A stretch of DNA of 32,000 nucleotides from Candidatus Nitrospira inopinata (GTDB lineage Bacteria; Nitrospirota; Nitrospiria; Nitrospirales; Nitrospiraceae), in contig NZ_LN885086.1 in assembly GCF_001458695.1 (NCBI RefSeq), forward strand, positions 660,001 through 692,000. Reading direction: 5' to 3'. Numbering within the stretch: the first letter of the stretch is position 1; every line of letters begins with the position of its first letter. A program made the position numbers and the translations under genes. Below, piece by piece: positions 19,968-28,200 of the stretch. The notes under the pieces are model-generated. The model had not been told where the DNA came from, searched no databases, and saw nothing but the letters and a program-made list of their open reading frames with translations.

Positions 19968-20156
19968 TTACTCCTGCACGCCCAGCTTCCGCAGCAAGGC
20001 CATCATCGGGCACCAGCCGGTAAAGGCCGACTGGATCAGGTTCACCGCCACGAAGGCCGCGAAATAATTCCAATAGGGATGGACCGTTGCACCCAAAATC
20101 ACGGCGACGAGAACAAACACACCGGCGATCAATCGCAACATTTCATTGAGATTCAT
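19968..20156 (-). CDS. DUF2892 (YgaP C-terminal-like) small two-TM membrane protein
   Basis: 62 aa: MNLNEMLRLIAGVFVLVAVILGATVHPYWNYFAAFVAVNLIQSAFTGWCPMMALLRKLG. It has the R-x-I-x-G, two-TM and G-x-C-P signature of DUF2892. A perfect AAAGGAGG SD precedes the ATG at 20156. It lies 50 bp downstream of sqr. Confidence 0.72.
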   Translation of the reverse strand: MNLNEMLRLIAGVFVLVAVILGATVHPYWNYFAAFVAVNLIQSAFTGWCPMMALLRKLGVQE

Positions 20157-20206
20157 GGACGCCTCCTTTCTGTTTGCTTATGTGAGGCGCCGTCCGTCCA
20201 AAGGAT

Positions 20207-21466
20207 TCACGTCTTCCCCGGCCCGGACTTGTCAAGCTTATCGATGCCCATAGTTCTCAGGATGGCCTTCTCGAAGAACGGTTCGCTCACGCCCCTTTTC
20301 ATTTTCATGAGGAAATACTTTTCCAGCCCGATTTTGGCCAGATGCACCCATTTGCCCTTCTTGGCCCAGGTGACGTTGCGCGGCGCCATTTGCGGCAACG
20401 CGACGAACGCCATGCCGGTGTCGCCCATGTCGGCCAGACAGACGGCGTTCCAGGTCGCCGTTTCTTTCTTATTGTCGTTCTCGATGTCCGCTTTGATATT
20501 GTGCACGGCGGCGGACACCATGGACTCGATCATGTAGCCGGTTTTAGGCGCACCGGTCGGAACCGGCGTCTGCTCCACCGGAGGAATCGCCACGCAGACC
20601 CCGACGGCGTAGATATTCCGATACTTGGGATTCGCCTGATAGGCGTCGATGTTGACGAAGCCCTTCGGGTTGCAGAGCCCCGGCGTGCTCGCCACGGCGT
20701 CGACGCCGGCGAACGGCGGAATCATCATGGAATAACGGAACGGCACTTCCTGTCCGTCTTCCAGAATCATCGTTCCGGGCCGCACTTCTTTAATCGAGGC
20801 GTTGGGAATCGTCTTGATCGCGTGCTCGGCGCATTCATCTTCCATCAGCCGGCGAGACCTGCCCACCCCCGCCAACCCCATGTGGCCGATATAGGGTTCC
20901 GGAGTCACAAAATACATGGGAACTTTTTTTCGCAGTTTTTTCTTCCGGAGATCGGCATCCAGGATGAAGGCCATCTCATAGGCGGGGCCGAAACAAGACG
21001 CCCCTTGCGCGGCGCCGATCACGACTGGACCGGGATCCTTGAGGAAACTTTGGTACGCCCCCCAGGCCTGTTCGGCGTGGTCCACGGTACACACCGATTG
21101 GGTAAACCCGCTGGGGCCGAGACCCGGCACCGCACCGAAGTTCAACTTAGGGCCTGTGGCGATGATGAGATAATCGTAGGGCACCTCGCCTTTCGACGTA
21201 ATGACTTGATTCTGCTCCGGTTCGATCCGCTCGGCTGCCGCATTGACGAATTCAATGCCTTTCTTCTCCAATACCGGCCCCAATGAAAAGCTGATGTCTT
21301 TTCTTGTCCGCCAACCGACCGCCACCCAGGGGTTGGAGGGAACAAAATGAAAGAAGTCCACATTCGAAATCACGGTGACTTTATGTTTCTTGTCCAACAA
21401 CGCCCGTGCTTCATAAGCGGCCGGAAGCCCTCCGATCGATGCGCCGATGATCACGACTCGTGCCAT
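20207..21466 (-). CDS. sqr: Sulfide:quinone oxidoreductase (type I-like flavoprotein)
   Basis: 419 aa. The FAD motif VVIIGASIGG is present, with FVPSNPWVAVGW, YDYLIIATGPKL, GAPKTGYMIESMVSAAVHNIKADIE and GVSEPFFEK. From memory these closely match the crystallised Acidithiobacillus ferrooxidans/Aquifex SQRs. The three catalytic-site cysteines are present (Cys126 in SVCTVDH, Cys158 in GASCFGPAYE, Cys343 in NAVCLADMGD). A GAGGAGG SD is present. Confidence 0.92.
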   Translation of the reverse strand: MARVVIIGASIGGLPAAYEARALLDKKHKVTVISNVDFFHFVPSNPWVAVGWRTRKDISFSLGPVLEKKGIEFVNAAAERIEPEQNQVITSKGEVPYDYLIIATGPKLNFGAVPGLGPSGFTQSVCTVDHAEQAWGAYQSFLKDPGPVVIGAAQGASCFGPAYEMAFILDADLRKKKLRKKVPMYFVTPEPYIGHMGLAGVGRSRRLMEDECAEHAIKTIPNASIKEVRPGTMILEDGQEVPFRYSMMIPPFAGVDAVASTPGLCNPKGFVNIDAYQANPKYRNIYAVGVCVAIPPVEQTPVPTGAPKTGYMIESMVSAAVHNIKADIENDNKKETATWNAVCLADMGDTGMAFVALPQMAPRNVTWAKKGKWVHLAKIGLEKYFLMKMKRGVSEPFFEKAILRTMGIDKLDKSGPGKT

Positions 21467-21660
21467 GCTGCACCTCCTCGCTGAATGTACGATGTTGCGA
21501 CTTCATGCCGGATCTTTTCGTTAACGGCTCGGTTCCTTTGAATTAGCCATCTCTCGGCACATCCGCCGTGCCAAAGAAACGTTTGATTGGAGGCGATTTT
21601 TCCCGGAAAGATTCATGCGAATCGGCACTTGGATCGGCCGGCCCCACGGAACCCAGGGCC

Positions 21661-22128
21661 CTATCGCGATTCGCCCAGACGGTACATCTCATGACAGGCC
21701 GTACAGCGGGCGGTCATATCCGAGAGGCGCCGTATGATCTCCTGCGTGGTCGCTCCTTCAGCGATCGCATCCGCCAGCGCATCCATGTCTTTATGGATCG
21801 ACATGCCCAGTTGTTTGAACGGCAGCGGCAGTTTGGCCATGATCGTCGGTTCAACGTCGGCCGCCATGCCCATGCCCGCTTCCCTTGCAATCATGGCCAA
21901 GACGCGCCGGTCAATCTCGACATCTCCGAGGCCGCGGAGAATGCCATCGACCGTTTTCAACAAGAGTCTCATCTCAGCCAAGATCTGATCCCGCTCCGCG
22001 GGTGCCAGGAGAATCTCCGTCCGGCCGTCGCTTCCCGATCTCGTCCATCCCCGCACAAAGAGCCAGGTGCCGACGGCCAACGTCATCAGCCACAGCAGAA
22101 TCGCAATGAGACAGATAGTTCGTTTCAT
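21661..22128 (-). CDS. Membrane-anchored helical c-type cytochrome with a single C-terminal CXXCH (class II / cytochrome c'-like)
   Basis: The track ORF (21661..22410) has an implausible Gly/Pro/Arg-rich N-terminal extension that would overlap the next gene. The internal ATG at 22128 has an AAGAGGTG SD and gives a 155-aa protein. That protein starts with the anchor/signal MKRTICLIAILLWLMTLAVGTWLF, continues as an Ala/Leu/Glu/Arg-rich helical body, and ends ...MTARCTACHEMYRLGESR (CXXCH at 21691..21705, 12 residues from the C-terminus). Confidence 0.6.
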   Translation of the reverse strand: MKRTICLIAILLWLMTLAVGTWLFVRGWTRSGSDGRTEILLAPAERDQILAEMRLLLKTVDGILRGLGDVEIDRRVLAMIAREAGMGMAADVEPTIMAKLPLPFKQLGMSIHKDMDALADAIAEGATTQEIIRRLSDMTARCTACHEMYRLGESR

Positions 22129-22307
22129 GGCACCTCTTGACTCGACCGAGACCAAATGCTGGGCGCGCGGCGGATCATGGATGGCCCCCTTTGCAGAAGG
22201 AACCCTACCAATGTCACCCCGTGATCTCAAGAGGCGACCGAGACCTGGTCTTTTGAAGCGAGAGCCGCGGTCGGGGTACATCCCCGGAGATGCACCGAGC
22301 GGGAAGG

Positions 22308-22784
22308 CTAGGAGCGTGCCAGGATGACCGCCACCACGATGACAACCAGCGACAGCAGCAGGGAAAACCGGGGCACCCAACGGGCCGTGCTCACCGCCAG
22401 CTTTTCCCACGCTGTTCGTGAAGAAGCGGGAATCGACGAGGCGCGACCGACTTGGGGCCCGAGCACCACATCATGAAGCACGGTGACGACAAGGAGCAAC
22501 AGCACGAGCCAGATTTTGACGGTCGCGACCGACGACCATGATGCGGGGTTCGTCAACATCATGCCTCGCCTCGCCAAAAGAACGGGACCGGTCGTCAGCA
22601 ACAGGGCGATGGCCGTCCATACGACGACGCGAAACCTGAGCGCCGCGGAGCGAAACAGCGCCATGAATTCCGGCGCTGCCTTCCGGTTTTTGACAAGAGG
22701 CGCGAGCACCAGACTTAAAAAAAGCATGCCGCCGATCCAGGCCACGGCGGCCAAGAGATGAAGCGCGACGAGCGCGTGATACAT
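22308..22784 (-). CDS. Four-TM membrane protein, CopD/HemJ-like N-terminal motif (family unresolved)
   Basis: 158 aa with 4 predicted TM helices. The N-terminus MYHALVALHLLAAVAWIGGMLFLSLVL resembles the His-containing first helix of CopD-domain/HemJ-like proteins. I saw no clear SD. Confidence 0.5.
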   Translation of the reverse strand: MYHALVALHLLAAVAWIGGMLFLSLVLAPLVKNRKAAPEFMALFRSAALRFRVVVWTAIALLLTTGPVLLARRGMMLTNPASWSSVATVKIWLVLLLLVVTVLHDVVLGPQVGRASSIPASSRTAWEKLAVSTARWVPRFSLLLSLVVIVVAVILARS

Positions 22785-22816
22785 GGCGCTATCATAGTCG
22801 ATTTCATCTCCAAATT

Positions 22817-23785
22817 GTGATTATTAGCACTCGATGCGTCATCGACTGCGTGGTCGACGCCGGCCTCCTTGACTCCGGATCCCGCGTCCCGGTACAGACT
22901 GGTATGGGCTGCGCATATTCTTCTTGGGTCAATGTCATGCTTATCGGCGCAGTTGTGGGATTGCCGTGGTGGAGCCAGGGAGCAGGGGCGGTTTCCCTCG
23001 GTCTCAAACAGGCCGAGCACATCGCACACGTTGCCGTGAGCTCTCCGCAAGAGGCCGTACCGGAGGGGTTTTTTCTAATGGGCACCCCCCGTCAGGGGAA
23101 ATTGTACGGTCTTGAGGTCCAATACGACGACACGGAGCAGCCCCAGCGACGTATTTGGCTCAGCGCCTTTCTGATCGACCGCTACGAGGTCAGTCTGGGA
23201 GAATTTCTGGATTGGCTCCAACAGGAGCGCCGCCCGCTTCCTGAAGAATTGCGCAAACTCATCGAACACATGACGACCGTGCATGCCATGCAGCCCGAGA
23301 CCGTGGCCCGTTGGCCCGCGCTGTACGTCACGTGGCGCGAAGCTTCAGAGTTTTGTCGCGCGCGAGGGAAACGTCTCCCCACGGAGGCCGAGTGGGAGAA
23401 GGCGGCCCGTGGGGAATCCGGCAATCTGTTTCCTTGGGGAAGCCAGCCTCCCTCTCCAGATCTCGCGAAGTTCGGCCAGTACCATGTCCATGAGATACCG
23501 ATCGTGGGAGCGGTGGACGGCGGCGAGGAGGGCCAAAGCCCCTATGGCCTGCACCACATGGCGGGAAACGCGGCTGAATGGGTCGCCGATTGGTTCGGAA
23601 TTGATTACTACGCCACGATGCCGACTTTGAATCCACCAGGCCCCAAGACCGGCCGCTACAAAGTGGTCCGGGGTGGATCGTGGAAGAGCTCGCCGGAGTT
23701 ACTGAGGACCGCCACACGAAGCGGCGCCTTGCCGGATCAACGAGCCGCGACCATCGGGTTTCGGTGCGCCAGATCGCTTGAGTAG
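22817..23785 (+). CDS. FGE-sulfatase (SUMF1/PvdO/NirV-like) fold protein lacking the FGE catalytic cysteine pair
   Basis: Domain strings: FFLMGTP, IWLSAFLIDRYEVSLGEF, YVTWREASEFCRARGKRLPTEAEWEKAARG, LHHMAGNAAEWVADW, VVRGGSWKSS and TIGFRCA. The start is uncertain (GTG 22817, ATG 22904 or ATG 22937, the last giving MLIGAVVGLPWWSQGAGA). After GGSW the sequence is KSSPELLRTATRS, with no Cys. Confidence 0.8.
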   Translation: MIISTRCVIDCVVDAGLLDSGSRVPVQTGMGCAYSSWVNVMLIGAVVGLPWWSQGAGAVSLGLKQAEHIAHVAVSSPQEAVPEGFFLMGTPRQGKLYGLEVQYDDTEQPQRRIWLSAFLIDRYEVSLGEFLDWLQQERRPLPEELRKLIEHMTTVHAMQPETVARWPALYVTWREASEFCRARGKRLPTEAEWEKAARGESGNLFPWGSQPPSPDLAKFGQYHVHEIPIVGAVDGGEEGQSPYGLHHMAGNAAEWVADWFGIDYYATMPTLNPPGPKTGRYKVVRGGSWKSSPELLRTATRSGALPDQRAATIGFRCARSLE

Positions 23786-23892
23786 AGGAGCCGTTCTCGA
23801 TCAGCCGAGGTGAGTGCGCGGTTGAGCGAAGCGCGCGGGGAACGAAACGACACGTCTTGATTGTTTGGATGAAGGAAATAAAGAGGACCCCC

Positions 23893-24501
23893 ATGAGATG
23901 GCTCTCGCTAGTAGGAATTCCGTTGGGGATCATGCTGTCGGCGCTGGGGGCTGTCGCTCCATCGGCGTTTTGCCTTGATGCTCCGGCCGGCTGGAAGCTG
24001 TATACAAACGCCCGATTCGGCTTCTCCGTTCGCTATCCCGACGGCTGGCGTCTGGGCAACCCCATGCCGGACGGGGCCGGCATCGTTCTTTACCCGCCTA
24101 TCGAACACAGCTTGGTGGCGTTATCGGGGCATTTGAATCTGATGGAAGGCAAGAGTCAGGATGGACGGCAGACACTTGATGAATTCGCCGCCGCCCATCG
24201 TCGCATCATCACGGACCTGTACAAAAAACGATCGATCACGGTGACGTGGGGAAAAGATCGCGACCTAGAACTGGCTGGGCTGCCGGCCAAGGAGTTGACG
24301 TTCGACTACGTGGATGAAAAGCGGGTGCCGATCATCGAACACCACTTCTTCACGTTAGGTCGCAATGAAGGTCGGGGAATCCGCATCAAAGTGCCTCGTT
24401 CTGAAGAAGCGAGCGTCATGTCGACGGTAAGGATCATGTTGGAGAATTATCAACCCGGACGCGACCAAGACGCAATCAGTCCATTGGTTCCCGCTCCTTG
24501 A
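23893..24501 (+). CDS. Secreted hypothetical protein (possible PsbP/DcrB-like alpha-beta sandwich; weak call)
   Basis: The ATG at 23893 has an AAGAGGA SD 6 nt upstream; the track start TTG at 23857 is less likely. The signal is MRWLSLVGIPLGIMLSALGAVAPSAFC. The mature N-terminus APAGWKLYTNARFGFSVRYPDGWRL matches the G-W...F-x-F-x-YP-x-x-W opening that I associate with PsbP/Mog1/DcrB-like folds. I recognised no catalytic motif. Confidence 0.55.
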   Translation: MRWLSLVGIPLGIMLSALGAVAPSAFCLDAPAGWKLYTNARFGFSVRYPDGWRLGNPMPDGAGIVLYPPIEHSLVALSGHLNLMEGKSQDGRQTLDEFAAAHRRIITDLYKKRSITVTWGKDRDLELAGLPAKELTFDYVDEKRVPIIEHHFFTLGRNEGRGIRIKVPRSEEASVMSTVRIMLENYQPGRDQDAISPLVPAP

Positions 24502-24591
24502 GCATGATGTTTCACTGTGGCTTTCTCTTTTAACTGCTTCAACTCGTGCCTTTTGAGACTTGGCCCCTCACAACCTGACACGAGCGTGTCT

Positions 24592-25119
24592 TTAGTACGG
24601 CCTCAGGTGGCGTCCTTTGATCTCCAGTGGCGCAGACGTCAGCTCCCGGTACAGACGATGGAACGATTCCGTCGTCAGCATTGGGTCCTGCAGCTTGGCC
24701 AGTTCCGAGGCGTCGATCGGATACTCAACGGTATCGTCGAAATTGGAAGAAGCAATGGTGATGAATCGGGGCGGGAAGAGTCGTTCCGGCAAAAGGATCT
24801 CGATGCCGCCGTTGTACTTAATGGCGAGACGGATGGCTTCTCTCGCCTTGTCCGCCGGAACATCGCGACCCAATCCGATGTTTTTAGGCGGGCGCCCCAT
24901 TTTAGCATATTGGAAATGAACGTTGGTCAGTCCAGCCTGGACAAATTCCGCTTTGATCTCGCTCTCTCGACTTTGGTGCTCTTTGGCGAGCACGGCTTCA
25001 ACGCGACTCACCGGCGGAACCTGCGTATCTTCACCGAAGACCGCGACGTGCGTCGGCCAGCCCGCCATCATGGCGAGGATCATGACTCCGGCTCGGAACG
25101 GATTACGAACGCGCATCAT
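24592..25119 (-). CDS. Secreted hypothetical protein immediately downstream of the giant multicopper oxidase
   Basis: The track ORF 24592..25284 would overlap the MCO stop codon. The internal ATG-ATG at 25119/25116 has a GAAGAGGA SD about 13 nt upstream and gives a 175-aa protein with the signal MMRVRNPFRAGVMILAMMAGWPTHVAVFG. I recognised no family. Confidence 0.5.
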   Translation of the reverse strand: MMRVRNPFRAGVMILAMMAGWPTHVAVFGEDTQVPPVSRVEAVLAKEHQSRESEIKAEFVQAGLTNVHFQYAKMGRPPKNIGLGRDVPADKAREAIRLAIKYNGGIEILLPERLFPPRFITIASSNFDDTVEYPIDASELAKLQDPMLTTESFHRLYRELTSAPLEIKGRHLRPY

Positions 25120-25174
25120 CTTGTGTTTTGAATCCTCTTCAACTTGAAATATGACGGGCGGCACCAGAAGCAAA

Positions 25175-25196
25175 CCGGGGGGCATAAGCCCCCCGG
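25175..25196 (-). terminator. Candidate rho-independent terminator downstream of the multicopper oxidase gene
   Basis: Perfect 9-bp GC stem CCGGGGGGC / GCCCCCCGG with a 4-nt loop (ATAA). On the minus strand it is followed by TTTGCTTCT (25166-25174). Confidence 0.45.
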
Positions 25197-25229
25197 CGTC
25201 ACACTCAGAATATCCGGCACACCGAGACG

Positions 25230-25267
25230 CGCGCGGCGTATCGGTGTTAAGCCCGATACGCCGCGCG
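25230..25267 (-). other. Very stable 15-bp stem-loop 7 nt after the multicopper oxidase stop codon (no U-tract)
   Basis: CGCGCGGCGTATCGG (25230-25244), loop TGTTAAGC, CCGATACGCCGCGCG (25253-25267); the complementarity is perfect. No T-run follows on either strand, so it looks more like a 3' mRNA-stabilising or processing structure than a terminator. Confidence 0.45.
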
Positions 25268-25273
25268 GCTGAT

Positions 25274-28200
25274 CTACTCTTCACTCATCGATGTCGGAGT
25301 AGCCTTTGCTTCCCCACTCGGCTGTTCCACCCGTTTGGTCGGTGGAACTTGCGGGTTCAAGGGCAGGATTCTCCGATCATCGACCGGCAAAACCTTGAAC
25401 AGACCCCACTGCCCTGCGTTGGCATAGGCCGGCCTCTGATTCTTCCAGATGTAATCGCCGACGATCTTGTTCGGACCACCGGCTCCTCCGGTCAGATACG
25501 CGTTGATGATCTCCGACCCGCCGAATTCCATCGTGCTGACCTGGTCGGCCCCCTTCATGTACGGCTCGTGCGGCCACTCGTGACCGTCCACCGTAAAGAG
25601 CTGGACCTGTTCGCTGAACGCACCCAGCACGTGGATGATCACCGGGTCTCCCACGTGAGCCTGCAACAAGGGCGTTGATGGAATCTCGCCCGCCTTCACG
25701 CAACTGAAGACTTCCGACACGTCACAGCCTTTCTCAACTCTCCAGGCTGCCGGCTCAGACCGATAGTTCACGGCCGTAATTCCCGCCACTTGCTGAATGT
25801 ACGGCATGAAGCTGACCCCCACGATGTTGTCCTCGTCTTGGAACATGAGCGAGAAGTCACGATAATTCTTTCGCTTCTCGTTCCCAGGGATCGTTCGATC
25901 GACAAGCACGTCGGCTCGCCAACTGCTCTTCATAGAGATATCTTCGCCGGTCACGGGGTCTCGATACTGAGAGCCTCTCGGTCCGACGATGATGGAGCCG
26001 AACAATCCGTTTCGAGGGTTCTCCACCACGTTGCCCCAATCCTGAATCAACGCGGCGACTTCCCCATACTCCGGATGAGCGTAGTACGTGTACGTTTTCT
26101 TTTCTCCCGGACCGATCGTCTGATCGCCGGGATTGTTGCCGACATTCGCCCCGAATGAGTCCTTCGGATCGAAGGCCATCATATCGACGTGGAAGCCGGC
26201 TCGCTCTTTCGCCATCTCGTTCTTGAGGTGGATTTTGACGCAATCTCCGACGTTGACGTGGAGCGTCAACGGACTCGGCTTCAACTCGCCGGCCTTGACC
26301 TTTCCACGATCGCCTTCGAGCACGTACATTTTGCCTTGTTCGTTCCCAAAGACCATCTTTCTCTCGAGATCGACTTCCATTACACCCGGCGCCCCTTCGT
26401 GATAACGGATCTGCTGATCGACCGCCGACACGTTAAACGACTTGACGGGGGCGTCGGCAGGACACACCGAGGAAGCAGATTTTTGAATCTCCTCGCGTCC
26501 CGGCAATGGTTTCAGGTCTTTCTGCAGCTCATCATACACACGGATGATTCCCCAGCTTCCCTCCGAGAAGTGGGAGGCTCTTCCGCTGTAGTACAGATAA
26601 TCGCCGGCCATTTTTTGTGGTCCTCCCGCGGCCGGAATGGCCGGATCATACCGCTCGCCGATGACCAGATGGATGGTGCTCCGAGGCATCGCCGTGGCCG
26701 CGTACCGCTCCAGCGGGAACCAGTGCCCCGTGACGTGCCACGTGTGTACCTCATTGGCCGAACCGACCAATGCTCTCACGAGAATCGGATCTCCCAGATA
26801 TGCCCGCAGCAACGGCGTGGCCGGATCACCGTGAATCCCCGAGACGAACAATTTCGACGGGTCCGGATCATTGGCCAGTCGCACGCTCAACGGCTCGACG
26901 CGCATGCTGTAGCCGCTGCCAGTCGTCGCCTCTCCACCGTTCAAGAACCACATGGGCGACTTGTTGATTCTTGGCGGGAATTGATGAGACGGCGGACCGT
27001 CCACGGTCACCGCCCCGACCTTGGCTTGCGGATTATCCGTTGTGATCAGCTCCGCCGTTCTGGCATTGCTGTCCATGATATGCATCATGACTTCTCGGAA
27101 GCTGCCGCGAATGTGCGCGGAGACGGGCTCCAACGTGTGAATGTCCGCGATGGGACCGCTCCGAATTTCTTTGCCCGTGACCGGGTCATGATACGTCGAG
27201 CGCGGCGGCTCCGTAATCAGGGCCGAGAAGAGCCCATGACCCCACGTATCGGTCCCGAACACGTGATCGTGCCAGTACACCGTTCCGAGATCCGCGTCGA
27301 TGTACCACCGCTCCCGAATGAACTCGACGCTCACAATGTCGTTTTTCTTATGCCCGTGCTTCAAAGGACGGTCAAACGTCACGGTCTTCCCATTGATGCT
27401 TTTGATTCTCGCAACTTCGAAATACTTGGGATCATCCATCCCAACGCCGAGTTCGATATTGACATGGAACTTCGACGGGTCCGCCACCGTAATGCTCGAT
27501 GCACCGGCCTTGACGTCCGCCGTCAGCACGGTATTGGCCGGCAGCGGCATACCCTCGTTCGGCGCAGGATCTTTCAACATCGTGAAGGCACGGAGCGACA
27601 TGTCATAAGAGAACCCGATCGTCGGCCCGTCCGACGCGCTGGTGTCGAACTGGAAGAAATGCGGATGGAGATTGATTTTATTCGCCCACCCCGTTCGCGC
27701 ATCGTCCGGAATTTCGTTCTTGAAAATGACGTCAACGCAGTCATACACGTTGGCCCGGATGACCAACGGCACCTGTTTCTCCGGTGTCTTCCTGACCTCT
27801 TCCTCCTCCTCGTGCAGCACATAAATCATGCCGATCGGATCCACGAGGGCCGGCGTTTTGGCCGTCGCTTTCTTCAAGGTAATCGGCAGCGTAATCGAAT
27901 GGATCGTGAAATACTTTCTCGGAGCATTCTCCGGACAGAGACTCCACGGCCCTTGCTCTCCGGGTCTGGCCGGTTCCGTACTCTTGGTTCCGTCTTCCCG
28001 CACATGGAACGGCTCCAGCCACGGAGCTCCTCCGTGATTCGGAGCAAAGGGCGGACGCTTCCCCAGGTGCGGACGAAGCCATGGGAACGCCAGTTTTCCC
28101 GTCTGCGGGTCAAACAGAATGGGGGGGCGCTTCAAAGGAGCCGGCGAGACGTAGTTGGCCCACTGATGCGGCGTCTCCGGCTCGTTCAGCGCCAGATTCC

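Noticed and set aside
20157-20195. A possible SD-sequestering hairpin between sqr and the DUF2892 gene (GGAC+GCCTC pairing with GAGGC+GTCC)
   Set aside because: It has only 4+5 bp interrupted by a 3-nt bulge, with an 18-nt loop. The predicted stability is marginal, and I cannot compute folding energies here.
21558-21573. A sigma54-like element upstream of sqr on the minus strand (TGGCAC-GGCGG-ATGTG)
   Set aside because: The -24 box is perfect, but the nearly invariant GC of the -12 box is GT here. A single-hexamer match is not enough.
22129-22410. The N-terminal 94-aa extension of the cytochrome ORF (track 21661..22410)
   Set aside because: The extension is Gly/Pro/Arg-rich and would overlap the 3' end of the CopD-like gene by about 100 nt. 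The internal ATG at 22128 has a good SD and yields a normal signal-anchor.
24577-24590. A 5-bp stem (GACAC-GAGC-GTGTC) followed by TTTAG between the convergent hypothetical genes, as a possible bidirectional terminator
   Set aside because: The stem is too short and the U-tract too weak to call.
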